64,000 nucleotides of DNA from Trichosphaerium sp. ATCC 40318. Taxonomy: Eukaryota; Protista; Tubulinea. The notes below the pieces were generated by a model. The model searched no databases. It saw only the letters and a list, made by a program, of their open reading frames with translations, and was not told where the DNA came from. Positions 27,852-40,367 of this stretch are shown one piece after another. How positions within the stretch are numbered: the stretch's first letter is position 1; each line of letters starts with the position of its first letter. The position numbers and the translations under genes are program-made. Location of the stretch: positions 62,001-126,000 of the forward strand of contig JALMLS010000081.1 in assembly GCA_038496445.1 (NCBI GenBank), written 5' to 3'.

Positions 27852-29142
27852 ATGGCAGAAAACCCAAGCTTCTCATTTGAGCGAAGTGGCTTTGAGATTA
27901 CATTACAGATTATAAGAGATGATGTACTGAAGATTCAAGCTTTATCCGATTACAAGGCATTAAAAGGTGATTTAAAATACAAATGCCCAACATTAGCTCA
28001 TGTTGTTAAATTATTTGAAGCTGCAGCCTCAAATGTACGTTTTTTATCGACTCATTACACATTCAATGCGACTTTAATTCAAAGCCCCACAACCAAAAAT
28101 TTGTCTTTCCTTGTTTTTATTAAGCCAATTTATTGACCAACGGTACATTCCACATGCCTTCACTCAGGCATGAAGCACAACAAACACTAAGAGCTACAAT
28201 TGTTCACAGTTAAACAATAGTATTTGTGGTTGAACCATACCTGCTGTACAAAAGGGGTCATGGTTGATTTTTAGTTGTTAGTTTTTTTGACTTGTTTGCT
28301 TTTAGTTGGGAGGACTCAAGTTGTCAGTTCAAGTTGAAGGAAGCGAGTTATTGATTGTCGTTGATGAAGTTGATGTGTTGGATGTTACAAGAAAGTACAC
28401 ATTTAAACTAACTAAAAGTGGAGACAAGGAAAAGATTATTGAAACTACAGTTAGTCTCTATACTATTTGCCTGTTATTCTCCACTGATACAGTCACAATT
28501 GAATAGGTCAGCAAATTGATATCACGTGTCAAAAAGCTAGAATTGCATGAGTCGCAACCATTTCGGTTTTCAGAGAAGGATAAACACCCTAATTTGTCAG
28601 TTTATGGAGGCAATACTTTTGTAAAGTACACCGCCAATGGAAATACCAGTTGTCTTGTTGAAGGAGAATTTTGTTGTGGTGTTCACTACACTGCCTACAA
28701 GTACGATCAGAGTTGTATTCATTTGTTATTAACAATAATACTATCAAGGATTATCAAAGGAGGCAACAATGATATTATGATTGGTGTAGTGCCATCCAAA
28801 GGGTTTTCACTTAAAAACTATCCAGGCGCTGGGAAAAATGCTAGTGGTGCATCTATTTGTGGTGCTAATGGTAAAGTGTACTATTCAGACAAGGGTGAAA
28901 ATAAGGGAGGATCAGTATTCACAACAGGTATGTCTGTAAGTTTTATCTGTTTATCATTTATGTGTTGTGTAAAAGGTGATATTGTTGGTGTTACACTTGA
29001 TATGAACAGAAAGTGTGTAGCATTTCACGTGAATGAAAAAACCTCTCAATCAATAAATCTTGCTGGTGATTCATATAGGTTTAGTGTGAACGTGTACAAC
29101 ACTGGTATGGTCGTGCAGTTATTGCCATATTTGTGTTACTAA
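27852..29142 (+). CDS. SPRY/B30.2 domain protein
   Basis: DIMIGVVP, FTTGDIVGVTLDMNRKCVAFHVN and YRFSVNVY SPRY motifs. Confidence 0.8.
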
Positions 29143-29335
29143 AACATACAGATGTACTTCCTTTATAATTGCAATAAAATATTTTGAACACGTGTTGTCC
29201 ATACTACCTTATCACGAACTATGCTTACAGACTACAAGGGAGGATATTTGAGAAATTACAATGAATGATACAACAATATCAACTTTTTTTTTTGCTGAGT
29301 CAAGTTATTTTTTATTATTAGACACTTTTCATTTT

Positions 29336-31596
29336 TTAACCCCATTGATGTAATAATGCCTTTAGTTCTGGTTTATCAGTCATTTGAATAGCTGTTTGTT
29401 CCTAAACATTAACCATGAGTACACAAAGCAAACACGTGGGTTTTTTTCCCTCCAAAAAAGAAGGAGCTATCAGTACCTTGTCATTCTCAATATCGGCATC
29501 AGCGCCAGCCTCCAAAAGAAGCTTCATAATCTCCAAATGTCCTTTGCTTGTTGCTACCATTAAAGCAGTATTACCAGACTTATTCTTTGTATCAATAGAT
29601 GCTCCAGCAGCAAGTATAGCAACAACACATTCTTTAAGACCTTTAAAGCATGCCAACATTAAAGCAGTAGCACCCTAAACAAAAAACAACAAATATTAGA
29701 CCACAACCAACAATACACAAAAAAATTGAAGTAGTGATTGTGTATCATTCAAGTTAAATCATGCAATGACAATTGATGTAGAAAAATCAAACAATTTTGG
29801 TGACATTTATGATTATATTTTTTGAAAGTTTTTTTTTTGATTTGCTTGGTTTTTTTTTTCCTTTTGTACGTACGTAAATTGGATCTGCGTCCTCTACAGT
29901 GGCACCAGCCTTCAGGAGGATAAGTACCATGTCTGCAAAACCCTTGGTTGAAGCAGCCATTAAAGCTGTGTAACCCTAGAATGAGATCAATACACGTTTA
30001 ATTTAATGTCCCTTTTGAGTAGGTTCCAGAAAAAAAAAACCAAATTGAGTGCGTACCTGGTTGCTCACGTGATTAACATTCGATAATGGTAAAAGATACT
30101 CAAGAACTTCTTTTCTCTCATAGAAAGCAGCAGCAATCAATGGAGTATTACCCTAAAGAGTAACACTATTTAGAAAAAAAAAAAAATAGATAATCGGTGT
30201 GTTTTTTTTTTGCATACGTGTTTGTTTGTTGTATTGACATCAGCCTTGTACTCTAATAATAATTTTACAACATCCAATTGTCCATGTAAAGAAGCACGCA
30301 TTAATGCTGTATCACCCTAATATATATATTAATATCAACACTCGCGTGAAGAGACTAAAAAACAAAAACAAAAGTGTTTTTTTCACCTTTTGTGATTTCA
30401 ATTCAGTGTTGGCTTTGTGCTCTAGTAGCATCTTTATAATATTCAAAGATCCTTGTTGACAAGCCCATAATAACGGTGTATCGCCCTAAGATATTGTTAT
30501 CGAAACTAAGTGACTTGAAAACGAACAAAAAATTTGAAAAACAAACCTTCTTCGAACAAGCATTTGGATCAGCTTTTCTTTCCAACAACTTTTTGACAAC
30601 ATCATCAAGTCCTGTCAATGCAGCCCATAATAGAGGTGTCTCTCCCTTTAAAAAAACAACAATAAACACGTATAAAATAATAACACGTGAAAAAGTCTAA
30701 AAAAGAGGCCGACAGGCGACCAAAAAAGAGGAGTTTTCAAAAGTTTTTTTGGTTTGAAGACTCACAAAACTATTCGCCTTGTTGGTATCAATATTCTCTA
30801 GAGATAGCGCCCAGTTGATTATAGGTACATGCTTTGCCCTACAAGCCCAAAGAAGCATACCATTACCCTAACGACAAAAACAAGTAAATATACGTGACCA
30901 CTACGCGCGTAACGGAAAAATAATTTCAACAAAAAAGACTACACTCTTATCAAATCGATTTCTCACCTGGTTGTTTACAGCAGAAGGATCTGCGCCTGCC
31001 TTTTCAAGAGCTTTTATGTATTCTAAATGACCTTGAACTGCCGCAGCTGTCAACGCAGTGTAACCCTAATTTAGAGAGGCGTAAACGGGTCAAACGGGTA
31101 GTGTGAGTACGAACCTCGCTGTTTTTGGCGTCTAGTTCGGCACCTGCTTTAATGAGTAGTTCTGCTGTTGAAATATGTCCCTCCATGGCGGTAGCAATGA
31201 GTGGAGTAACCCCCTAACGGATTGTAAGCGGATTTTTGAAGGTCTTTGTTTGATGGTTCACATAAACGCTCTGTTTGGCTGGTTTTTTTAATAGAGAAAC
31301 GTAGGCGTACGTCTTTTGCGCTTGCATTGCAATTTGCTCCCTTTTCAATTAAAAGACTGACTATTTCGTTATGAGGTGCTATCGCAGCTGATATTAACGC
31401 CGTGTATCCCTTTTTATACACTTAGCCCCTTTTTTAATTTTTTTTTTTGTTCCCGCACTTCAACATCAGCTTGTTCAATCGCCTCGCCACCCTCTAGAAG
31501 CTGTTTAACCTTTGCTAAATCCCCAGCGTCTGCTGCATCTACAAGAGGTGATGAAACTGGCTTTGGTTTTGGTTTTCTCTTTGAACGAATAATCAT
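29336..31596 (-). CDS. Ankyrin repeat protein
   Basis: Exons beginning GYTALISAA, GVTPLIATA, GYTALTAAA, GETPLLWAA, GDTALMRAS, GNTPLIAAA, GYTALMAAS, GATALMLAC. Confidence 0.92.
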
Positions 31597-32043
31597 ATCG
31601 AGCTTCTACGTCTTGTTATCTACTTTGACAGTTGTACTGGACCTGTTGTGACTTTGCTTCCGAAAGAATGTTTCTGACAAAGAAAAAAAGTGGTTGGGTG
31701 TTTTCGAATTCTACTAAACTGAAGAAATGAGTCGCACTCTGGAGTTATATTGATCACCGAATAGAACCCTGACCCATGGTAACAACTGCTGGTCACCACT
31801 TGGCTACTTGGAATTTTAGTCCGAATCAGCACCTTGGTTGAGGCGTTGAATGGCACGCCTATACAACCTCTGTTTTTGGAATAATACAATAAAACCATCG
31901 TCACGTGATTGCTACGTATTAGCAACAATCAACTAGCAACATTTTCCTTGTAGTGGGTAATTTAAATATTGGTAAAAAGGGCAAAAAAGACGCGGTTTTA
32001 CCGTTTCTTCCACTCGGACTAGTACGCTACACTAATCGAATGA

Positions 32044-32436
32044 TCACTCAATCATCCACAATGAACGATACCAGATCTGACGGCGCAGCGTGTGGTGCTT
32101 GCTACGACGCCTGACTTGGTACAAGGACGGTTTCTTTGGCGGAGCTAGCTTGCCTTCCGAGCGTAGTCTCTTTCTAAGAGCCTTCCTTTTTGCGTATATA
32201 TTGGGGTTTTTCTTGTGACTCGCGGGCGCTGTAGTCTCCAAAGATTCTAAGAAGACTATCAGCTGGCTTAGAAGCACACCTGACGCTCTCTTCATTAAGT
32301 CATCAAATGACATTAAACCTTCATCAATTGCCTGGAGTAAGCGGTAGAGAAGACTTAATATCAGTTGTACACTGAAGAGGAAGAGGTTGAAAGATTGCTC
32401 TAAGGAGAGTACTGGAACTATACCAAACGTATACAT
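32044..32436 (-). CDS. Hypothetical basic protein fragment
   Basis: 130-aa ORF with a Lys/Arg-rich C-terminus. No family recognised. Confidence 0.3.
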   Translation of the reverse strand: MYTFGIVPVLSLEQSFNLFLFSVQLILSLLYRLLQAIDEGLMSFDDLMKRASGVLLSQLIVFLESLETTAPASHKKNPNIYAKRKALRKRLRSEGKLAPPKKPSLYQVRRRSKHHTLRRQIWYRSLWMIE

Positions 32437-33105
32437 AATACGTTTTTTATTATGTCTATTAATGTTGCCAAATTTGTTTATAAACCCTTAAAAAAGCAAT
32501 TGAAATAAATTGTGGGATACACTTCACTGAAATATCCATTATAATTACTCAAATATGGATAATGCACATTTAAAAACGCCCACAAACCCTAGTGGTTGTT
32601 ATTTTAGGGCGTGAGAACCATTTTGGCAATGTTTTGGCTCGCGACTTGTGCTTCTAAACGAGTACTTGCATTTCCCGCTTCCTTTTTTGTATTAAATTCT
32701 ACTATTAAGAACGTATACGTTTGTGAACTTGGTCGCAAAGAACGGTGACCTGGACCAAGAAAAGTAGAAAACGACGATACGAAATTGTGAAACGAACCGG
32801 TTCACTGTTTTTTTCCTTTTTCAGGTTTATGAGCGTCGTTTCATGTTTTATAACAACTGCGTGTAAAGAAATCTGCTTGCCGGTAATAAGTTGTAGAATG
32901 GTGCAAATATGCTGTTGCAAATGTAAGTAAATGCATGACGCAGCGTGTCAGGGTGTTGGATTTGCAATAGAAACGAAAACAATATTCAAATCGGACCAGA
33001 CGTTATTTTATTTAACGCGTTACCTGACAATACGTTTAAACCCTTTCCCAAACGTTGGGAATGATAATATCCAAGCGATAAAATAACGGTTAGAAAGTAG
33101 CTGTA

Positions 33106-33328
33106 GGAATTGACCTGTATAAAACAGATTGTCGACAATCACATTTTTGCTGTATTTATTCTTCGCTATGAGCATTCGGTACATTGTAACAAGCAACAAA
33201 TATGTAATTCACTTGATAGCATCCATGTATCAATTATGAGCCACTGAAATTATTTAGGTTACGAGTAACGATGGACTGAAAAATGCGATGAGCGATAATC
33301 ATTTTTCTCGATAATCCAGGTCAATTCT
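33106..33328. mobile_element. MITE copy 2
   Basis: TIRs GGAATTGACCTG / CAGGTCAATTCT flanked by a GTA duplication (33103-33105, 33329-33331). Shares the core ctatgagcattc-gtacattgtaacaagcaa with copy 1. Confidence 0.8.
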
Positions 33329-33374
33329 GTAGATTTAATGGGTAGATTAAATGGTCACATTTATTAGTAGTACT

Positions 33375-35200
33375 TTACATAATGTTAATGTTCTTTGGAG
33401 AATCAAATTTATGAGCGTTCTGTCTATGAACCTTATCGGCTTTAGCACCCTTACTGGTGAACTCTTTCCATGCTTCTTCACAACAAGCATCTTTTACAGC
33501 TTTTTTCTCTTCATCAGAGAATGTCAAGTACTCTAAAGAACAAACAGTGTGTGAGGTACGGTATTGCTCATTCCAAAAAAAAAAACGTGGAAAACAGCAT
33601 GATATTTGTTCTTTGTTACGTACCGGTGTAGAGTTCAATGAAATCGTATGAGAATCCAAGTTCGTTCTCGTCAGTTTGACCATCCCACAAATCAGCACTT
33701 GGTGCTGCTACCAAAACAGATTCTGGCACTTTAAGGTACTATTGCAACAAAAAACATTAAAAATCAAGTTCGCACGTGGAAATAAAGAAAAAGCAATCAA
33801 ACTAGAAATTCTTTACAAATTTCTTATATACGTACAGCTGCAACAGCGAAAACCTAGGGATACAACATTAGCAAACCCTCAAAAAAAAAAAAGGGGAAAA
33901 CTCAAAAAACAAAATTTTTCAAGAAGTTCGGTTTGCATGAATTACTACGTACTTCTGATTTATGCAAATCAGCGATGAGTTGTACATCAACAACACCGTC
34001 ACCTGCTTTACAAAAGTATGCTAGGTATCCATCTTCGTCTTTGTTACCTGTTCCCCTAAATGACGTGTAAACATCGTGTACGTTTCCCACACTGTCTTTA
34101 AATTAGGACGTACATTACGATACAAGGGTTACCAGATTGAGAAATCAATTGAGCTACATAGTATGCAGATGGTGTGCGCATGTAAGATTTTAATTGTCCT
34201 AAAAAATTACGATATAACGTAAGTCGAAAGACCGATAAAAAGGGATGGTAGAGGACCCAATTAAAGAAAACTGAGTTTAAAAAAAGCCGGAAAAATCACC
34301 AACACCAGCAGCAGAAACTACGAGAAAAAAAAAAATCCAAATAGAGTTCTGGTATTAATACCTCTTGCAAATGGTTTTCCCTCAATGCCAACTGCTTTTT
34401 CAACGAGTCTAAAAACAGGATTTAATAAAAGTAAAAAAGTTGATGAATTCTTGCAAATCGGCCGCTGTAACGTACTGAGAGAGTTGTCCATGTAATGCAG
34501 TTTGATCAAGGGTGATGCATTCAGCGCCAAGTGCTTTAGCGACTTCAAATGCGCGATTTTGAATCTGAGGCGTAGAAGAGATTGGTTGAGCCACGCCAAT
34601 TATCTGTAAGGGTATTGTTAGTACATTCAAGGCATTCATTTCGCTTACGCGTTGGATTGGAGAATCTTTTTTGCTTTTTGCGTGGGTACAAAGAGCAAGG
34701 GTTGCGGAGGAGTCGACACCACCACTGGCAAAGAGTTAGTGTTTGTTTGCACAAAATACGACCGTAGTGGAAATTGGGCGAAGTTAGTGAGCTGTGAACG
34801 TACGATAGGGATAAGCAGCACGCTTTGAGACCACAATCTTTCATGTATTTGTTAAACAAGTCAGTCTATTAACATGTCAGTGATAAACGTATTCTCGTGA
34901 CGTAAGGCGTTGTGGAGAGTTGGTTAAATTAGCTGATAAAAAAAAAACAGTTATTACCTTCTCATCAACCCATTTGGCGACGTCAAAACCACGCTTGGCG
35001 CGTACAACTTCGAGTTGTTTACGCAAGTCAGCGTGCATTTCTTTATCCTGCAACAAAGTTTGTAAACGGCCCCAACAAGCACAAAGAGATACACGTCATT
35101 GATTGTAGTTTTCGTAAGTACAAATTGCTACAGTACAGAACAGCTCTGGGAACATTTCCCTTCTAAGATTATTTACCTTTTGTTGTTCTACCCAAGCCAT
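33375..35200 (-). CDS. nadE: NH3-dependent NAD+ synthetase (no glutaminase domain)
   Basis: [59 protein letters not shown]. Start codon uncertain. Confidence 0.9.
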
Positions 35201-35628
35201 TGTATATGTGTTGTTAATCTGTTAACGTAGTTTTACGAATGACAATACTTAGCAAAGCAGTTAAGGTCGCACTTACGAAAAATGTTCATTGATATTCTAG
35301 AATAGCTGCGTTCCACTGCGAAAGTAAACGAAAAACACAAATACATCTTGAATTGTTTTTTCAAACTCAACTTCGCTATGTAGGCTACCATGTAGTTAAA
35401 AACGCACTCTAATACCGTGTGCGCGTACTTACGGTGTATATAGAAGAAAGTGTTGTTAACTAAGCGAAAAAACAGCGCAAAAAAAAAAAACTCTTCAGGT
35501 CACATTTTTTTTTTACTTTTTGTCGCTGAATTGTCATTATACACTTCTCGTTACATGGTGACTTGTTTGAAGTACAGGACGTGAAGGCGTCAATACATCG
35601 AACAAGCGTTAAACAGAAGACTTCAAAC

Positions 35629-37894
35629 ATGTCGGATCAACGAAAGGGGTTCTTTTCGCGTATCTCTAGTATATTCTCTTCGCAAGGTATTACCTAACAA
35701 CCAAAATTGTAACAAAAAACAATTTCGTCTTACATGAAGCCAACACGCGTTTATTTCTCAATTTCGAGCGATCCACGCTATTTCCCTCGCTGTAATAACG
35801 CCATCTTCTACAGAAATAGCACCAAAGAGGACAGAACCACCCATTGTTCACGAAGAAGACACTATCAAAATAGCAGTGCGTAGGAGTATAGCTGGGATAA
35901 ATTAATAATTTTGTCCAAGGTAATTGGTGGGAGTAAAGTGGGTAAAAGCTCTGTTGTACGCAGGTTTATACATTCATGCTATACGCGACAATATGAGCCA
36001 ACAATAGGCAAGGAAAAACACGATATTTAACAAAAATCGAGCGCTTATGCATTATATCAGGTTTTGATACGTTCTCTCAAGCATACGAGCACCCTACAAT
36101 AGAAACTGATCATCACTACAGACTTGTTTTTTGGGATGTAGCCGCACCTGAAGTACGCGCTGTTACGCCATAATTTTGAAGAGGGTATTGGCTTTCCAAA
36201 CAAGAGGAAATTTTGCCTTGTTAGGATTCCTTTATCCGAAAATCTGAACTTTTGCAGAAATACCGAAAAAAACATCTAAACTTCGACCCTTTTTATCCGT
36301 TATACTCACAAAACATCTCCTTTAGTTGTACGGCAAGCACCATACAAGTATTTTTCATAAAGTGCATGGAGTCATTATGGTTTTTGATTGCACAGATGTC
36401 TCAACTGTAGATGTACGCACTCTCTCTCGGTTGAACCGTTCCTTTTTTTGTATCACGTTTTTTTTTCAAATATTGACAATGTATACGTGTAGGTTATAGA
36501 CCAATGGCGCCTCATCTTGTCTACAGAACAGTTTTCTTCGCTTGCGAATGTTCCTGTAGCTTTATTTGCGAATAAAGTGGATAAAGGCAATCTTGTCTTA
36601 AGCAGACAGGATCTTGACACTGTACGTACTTGCTTTTTGTAGAGTCGTTATTAACTTTTGTTTTGTAGTACTGTAAAAAATGCAATTTTAAGTTTTGGGC
36701 GTTCACATCTGCAGCGGAGGAAGGCACAGTGGAGTCATCTGTACATCGTCTATTGGCAATGATTTTAAGCGCCAAGCAAGATAAAATAAGTGAAGATGAT
36801 GCTGTTATGATAACAACAGAGTCAGATGCTGTACCTGTTACAAAACGGATAACTATCAAAGGAGGTAGAAGGCCACAGCCCTCTGACTTGTTCACAAATA
36901 GCGACTATTCGCAGTCCCAAGATGGAGACAGTGCGCAATTTTCTGAAAGCTCTAGCATTGAGGCAATGCATGAGTCGTCTTCACCTATTGAAAGGAAAAT
37001 GACAGAACAAGAGAAAACAAGATTTTCTGAAGTAAAGGCACGTGCTTTTTAGCATACAAGCATACATTAGTACCCACAACTGATTTTTTTGGATTTTTTT
37101 AATGGTTAAATTGATATCACGTGTCAAAAGTTAAACTGACGCTTATTTTTAGATCGTGATTGATGGATTTTATGGCAAGTTGGAGAAAGACTTGGATGAG
37201 ATAAAGGCGCAGGTTCAGGAACATAGAAAACACGATATATCCTTGCTAGAGCGACAACGTGTTGCTGAATATAATACACTCATGTACACTATGAACGCAT
37301 ACAAGCTGGTGCCAGAGATAAAGTGGGAAAACCAAGAAAAGATGAGTTTGGATTGGATACACAGCGCAGTCGTTTCGAATAAGAAGAAATGGGCTAAACT
37401 CTTGGAGAATCTAGATGTTGAAGTCCTTTTATTGAAATTAAATACAGATACACCATCTGCTAATGGCGATACGGTCGTTCGACAACAACACGACTCAAGA
37501 TTTTTGAACGAGAATATTCTAAAGAAAAGCGGAGACGATGCGCCGCTCTATCACTTGAATAGCTACGACGTTTCTCAGAGGGCTCAGAAGCCACGTGGCG
37601 ATGTATTTTTATCAAAACAAGTACAAAAGGACATTAATTCAACTGGTCCTGGAACCTCTGCGCAAAAGAGGCGCAATCCTTTCACGAGGCAAAGAAAGTA
37701 CGTTATTAAACCTGGTTTTATTTTTGAAAGTGGAACTAATGCTCACGTGATCTAGGGTCGCAAATGGCAATAGTTCAAAGGCACGCGCTGGTGCGCGTAC
37801 CATGGGCTTCGGTTTTAGGAAGATTGGTCAACAGAAACCTGAAGCATCAGTGTCTCTAGCTCTACAGCAAGACACAGCCTCCACTGGAGAATAG
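35629..37894 (+). CDS. Atypical Rab-like small GTPase with long C-terminal extension
   Basis: GGSKVGKS (G1), YEPTIG (G2), WDVAAPE (G3 variant), NKVD (G4), TSA (G5), then a long Ser-rich/coiled region with no terminal Cys. Confidence 0.8.
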
Positions 37895-38095
37895 CAAAAA
37901 AATGAGCCAGTGAAAAACAACAATTTTTTTTGACCTTGTTTGTAAATAAAATCGCGTATTATCTTGTACCCCCGTTTTATTTGATAATCAACATGATTGC
38001 TAAGGTTATGGAGACATCTTTCTTGACATTTTGAGTTTTACGTAAACCTTTTTTCATTTGTTGTTTGTTTTGGAAAAAAAGAACTACTTTTAGAA

Positions 38096-40367
38096 CTAGA
38101 TGAGAACCACAATGGCGATCACAATGAGAGCTATTATAGCTGGCGATAGACCGCTGTTAGAGCTTTGGTTGCATTTATCTTGTACGGAGAATAATACAGA
38201 TAAGTGACCTAAAACCTCAGTGCTTAGACTGACATGATCCTATTTTAGGATGTACCTCGTTTATCGTCAATTGGTGTACCGGTTGTTGTCGTACAACCCC
38301 TGTTAATTTCTTTTATGTTAATGTCCACTTCAACACAGTTTTGACTATAAAGAAATATGTCCCGTATCTAAATCAAAGTTACAATGTGTGACGTTTCACT
38401 TGATCACGTGCTTCGCCATCTATTATATTATCCGCAGTAAATTTGATATCGCCTGTTACACTTGCACATGCTGTGTAGTAATTAAATACTCAATTGGTTT
38501 CATATAGGACGTACCGGTAAATGTGAGTACAGAGGCATCTGCAAAAGTCTGAGTTGCATTGATTGTTACATTGGCATTGAATACATAGGTCCCATTCCAC
38601 AGTGTAGGTACTATGATGGTGACAGGATCATCTGCAATCCAATTATCTGATTTTTAAATAAAGTAAGGAACTTCCAGCACATGACCAAGTTGCATTACCG
38701 CATATACAATTAAAATCTGGGAGTTGGGTGCCTCCACAAGAGGTTTCTTTGATCCATTCATCTAACAAAAAGGTTCAACGGCATTCGTTTGTTTCTCTTT
38801 TTCGTACTCCCAGCACAAAAGTATTCATTTGAAGGTCGTGTATCTAGACTGCATTGTCTCTATCGTAATTGACGTTAATGGGACTATAAAGCGTTGTTTT
38901 TGTACCGACTGGTATGCGCCAATATCTTCCAAACCCGGTAATCGAATGACACCATCTATTGTCGAGGACTGTTACTAAACTACAATTTGTATTGAGCGTA
39001 CCAATGTCGTAGTTTATGGTACTCTGACTCGATATTGGTACTGTTGCGATTTAAGGCTTGGAACTCAGGACGTTAAAGGAACGTACCATCAAATATACTT
39101 GAGGATTGTTTTGCATTTAAACGGTAGTCTCCATTGTCAATATCTGAAAAAAAACAAGCCTCTACATTGAGCACAGTTGGTCCATATTGTTTGCTTGTCA
39201 TCACCAAAGAGTTGATGAAAGTCCAATCGTCAATGCCGTCTTCGTCTTCGTTTTCCTCAATCCTAGTAATATCTGTGTGCATTAGTGTTGAAGTAATAGC
39301 GCTCATGTGTGCCTTTGCCGAACGTTCCATACTCAAGAGTAAACTTCCCATCCTTTTTAGTATCGCAATCAGCGAGTAGCGCTTGGGTATGTTAGATGTT
39401 ACCAAAAAGTACAACTGGTACCCGCTTCTATGTTGCCGTGGATCAAAACATTTGACACAACAAAATGTGCTGAATCGTGACAGCTATTAGAGAAATACGT
39501 CAAAGTTTGTTTTAGAATACAAAACTCGTACTCAAAAATCTTGTTTGATTCACATGTGTTGGAGTTGTACATAAATTTATCTACAAGATTCAATGAGCGT
39601 CATGTAATTTAGGAGTAGTACCAACTATTACAACCGTCTCCACACACTTGCTTGTTGACCTTATAAACTCTAAAGGCGGTTACAGATGTAGGTATTACGT
39701 GGCATACTCTCAGTGCACCCAGTGGCAGTACTATCAACAAGTAGTAGTCGCCCACTTTCTACATCAATTACTTCTTTGATCTTGTCAGAGTAATCGGCTG
39801 TAAAACTCATCTCTCTAAATTCTACAAGATTACTTTGGGTGCAGGCTGTATTTATGATAATTTGTTCGTCTTCTTCACTAAAAGTAATTTCTCCATTTCG
39901 AAAAGTGATGTCGTGTGAGTCTACGTCAAAGTTATGTTACAACGAGACCATGGAAACATACTGCCGTTGATGGTTATTATGGGTGATGCCTGTTTGTTGA
40001 ACGTAAAGCCTTCAGTGGTAATGTTTGTGCAGTTTGTTAGTGTGATAGACTCGAAATTTATCTGGCAAGTTGTAAATTTTAAAATTAGAACACATTTGTT
40101 TTTTTGTATCACGTGCCCTGGTGTTACCATCCCAAACGACCCTAATGTCGCTGAAGCCGTCCCAAGTCATATTATGAAGCCCATCACCGCTTATTTGCAC
40201 GCAGTCGTCACTCTGCAAATGATATGTTGGCCTGAAACCATATTATGTAAACGTACTATAGTAACACTGCCCAAATTATCAACTTCTCTGCAAGCCTCGC
40301 CAAAACCAAACAAGCATACCAGTATACACAACATAACCACGCGGTGTATAGCATTAGACGCTAACAT
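38096..40367 (-). CDS. Secreted/surface protein, tandem paralog A (C-terminally shortened)
   Basis: Signal peptide MLASNAIHRVVMLCILVCLFGFGEA, many short introns, ends SNSGLSPAIIALIVIAIVVLI-TAG. Confidence 0.75.

Noticed and set aside
33045-33061. Near-perfect hairpin TTCCCAAACGTTGGGAA as a Helitron end
   Set aside because: No CTRR terminus at the expected distance and no second copy.
16791-37045. Additional GC donors at 16797 and 37038
   Set aside because: An in-frame GT donor lies 6 nt upstream in both, so they were not counted.
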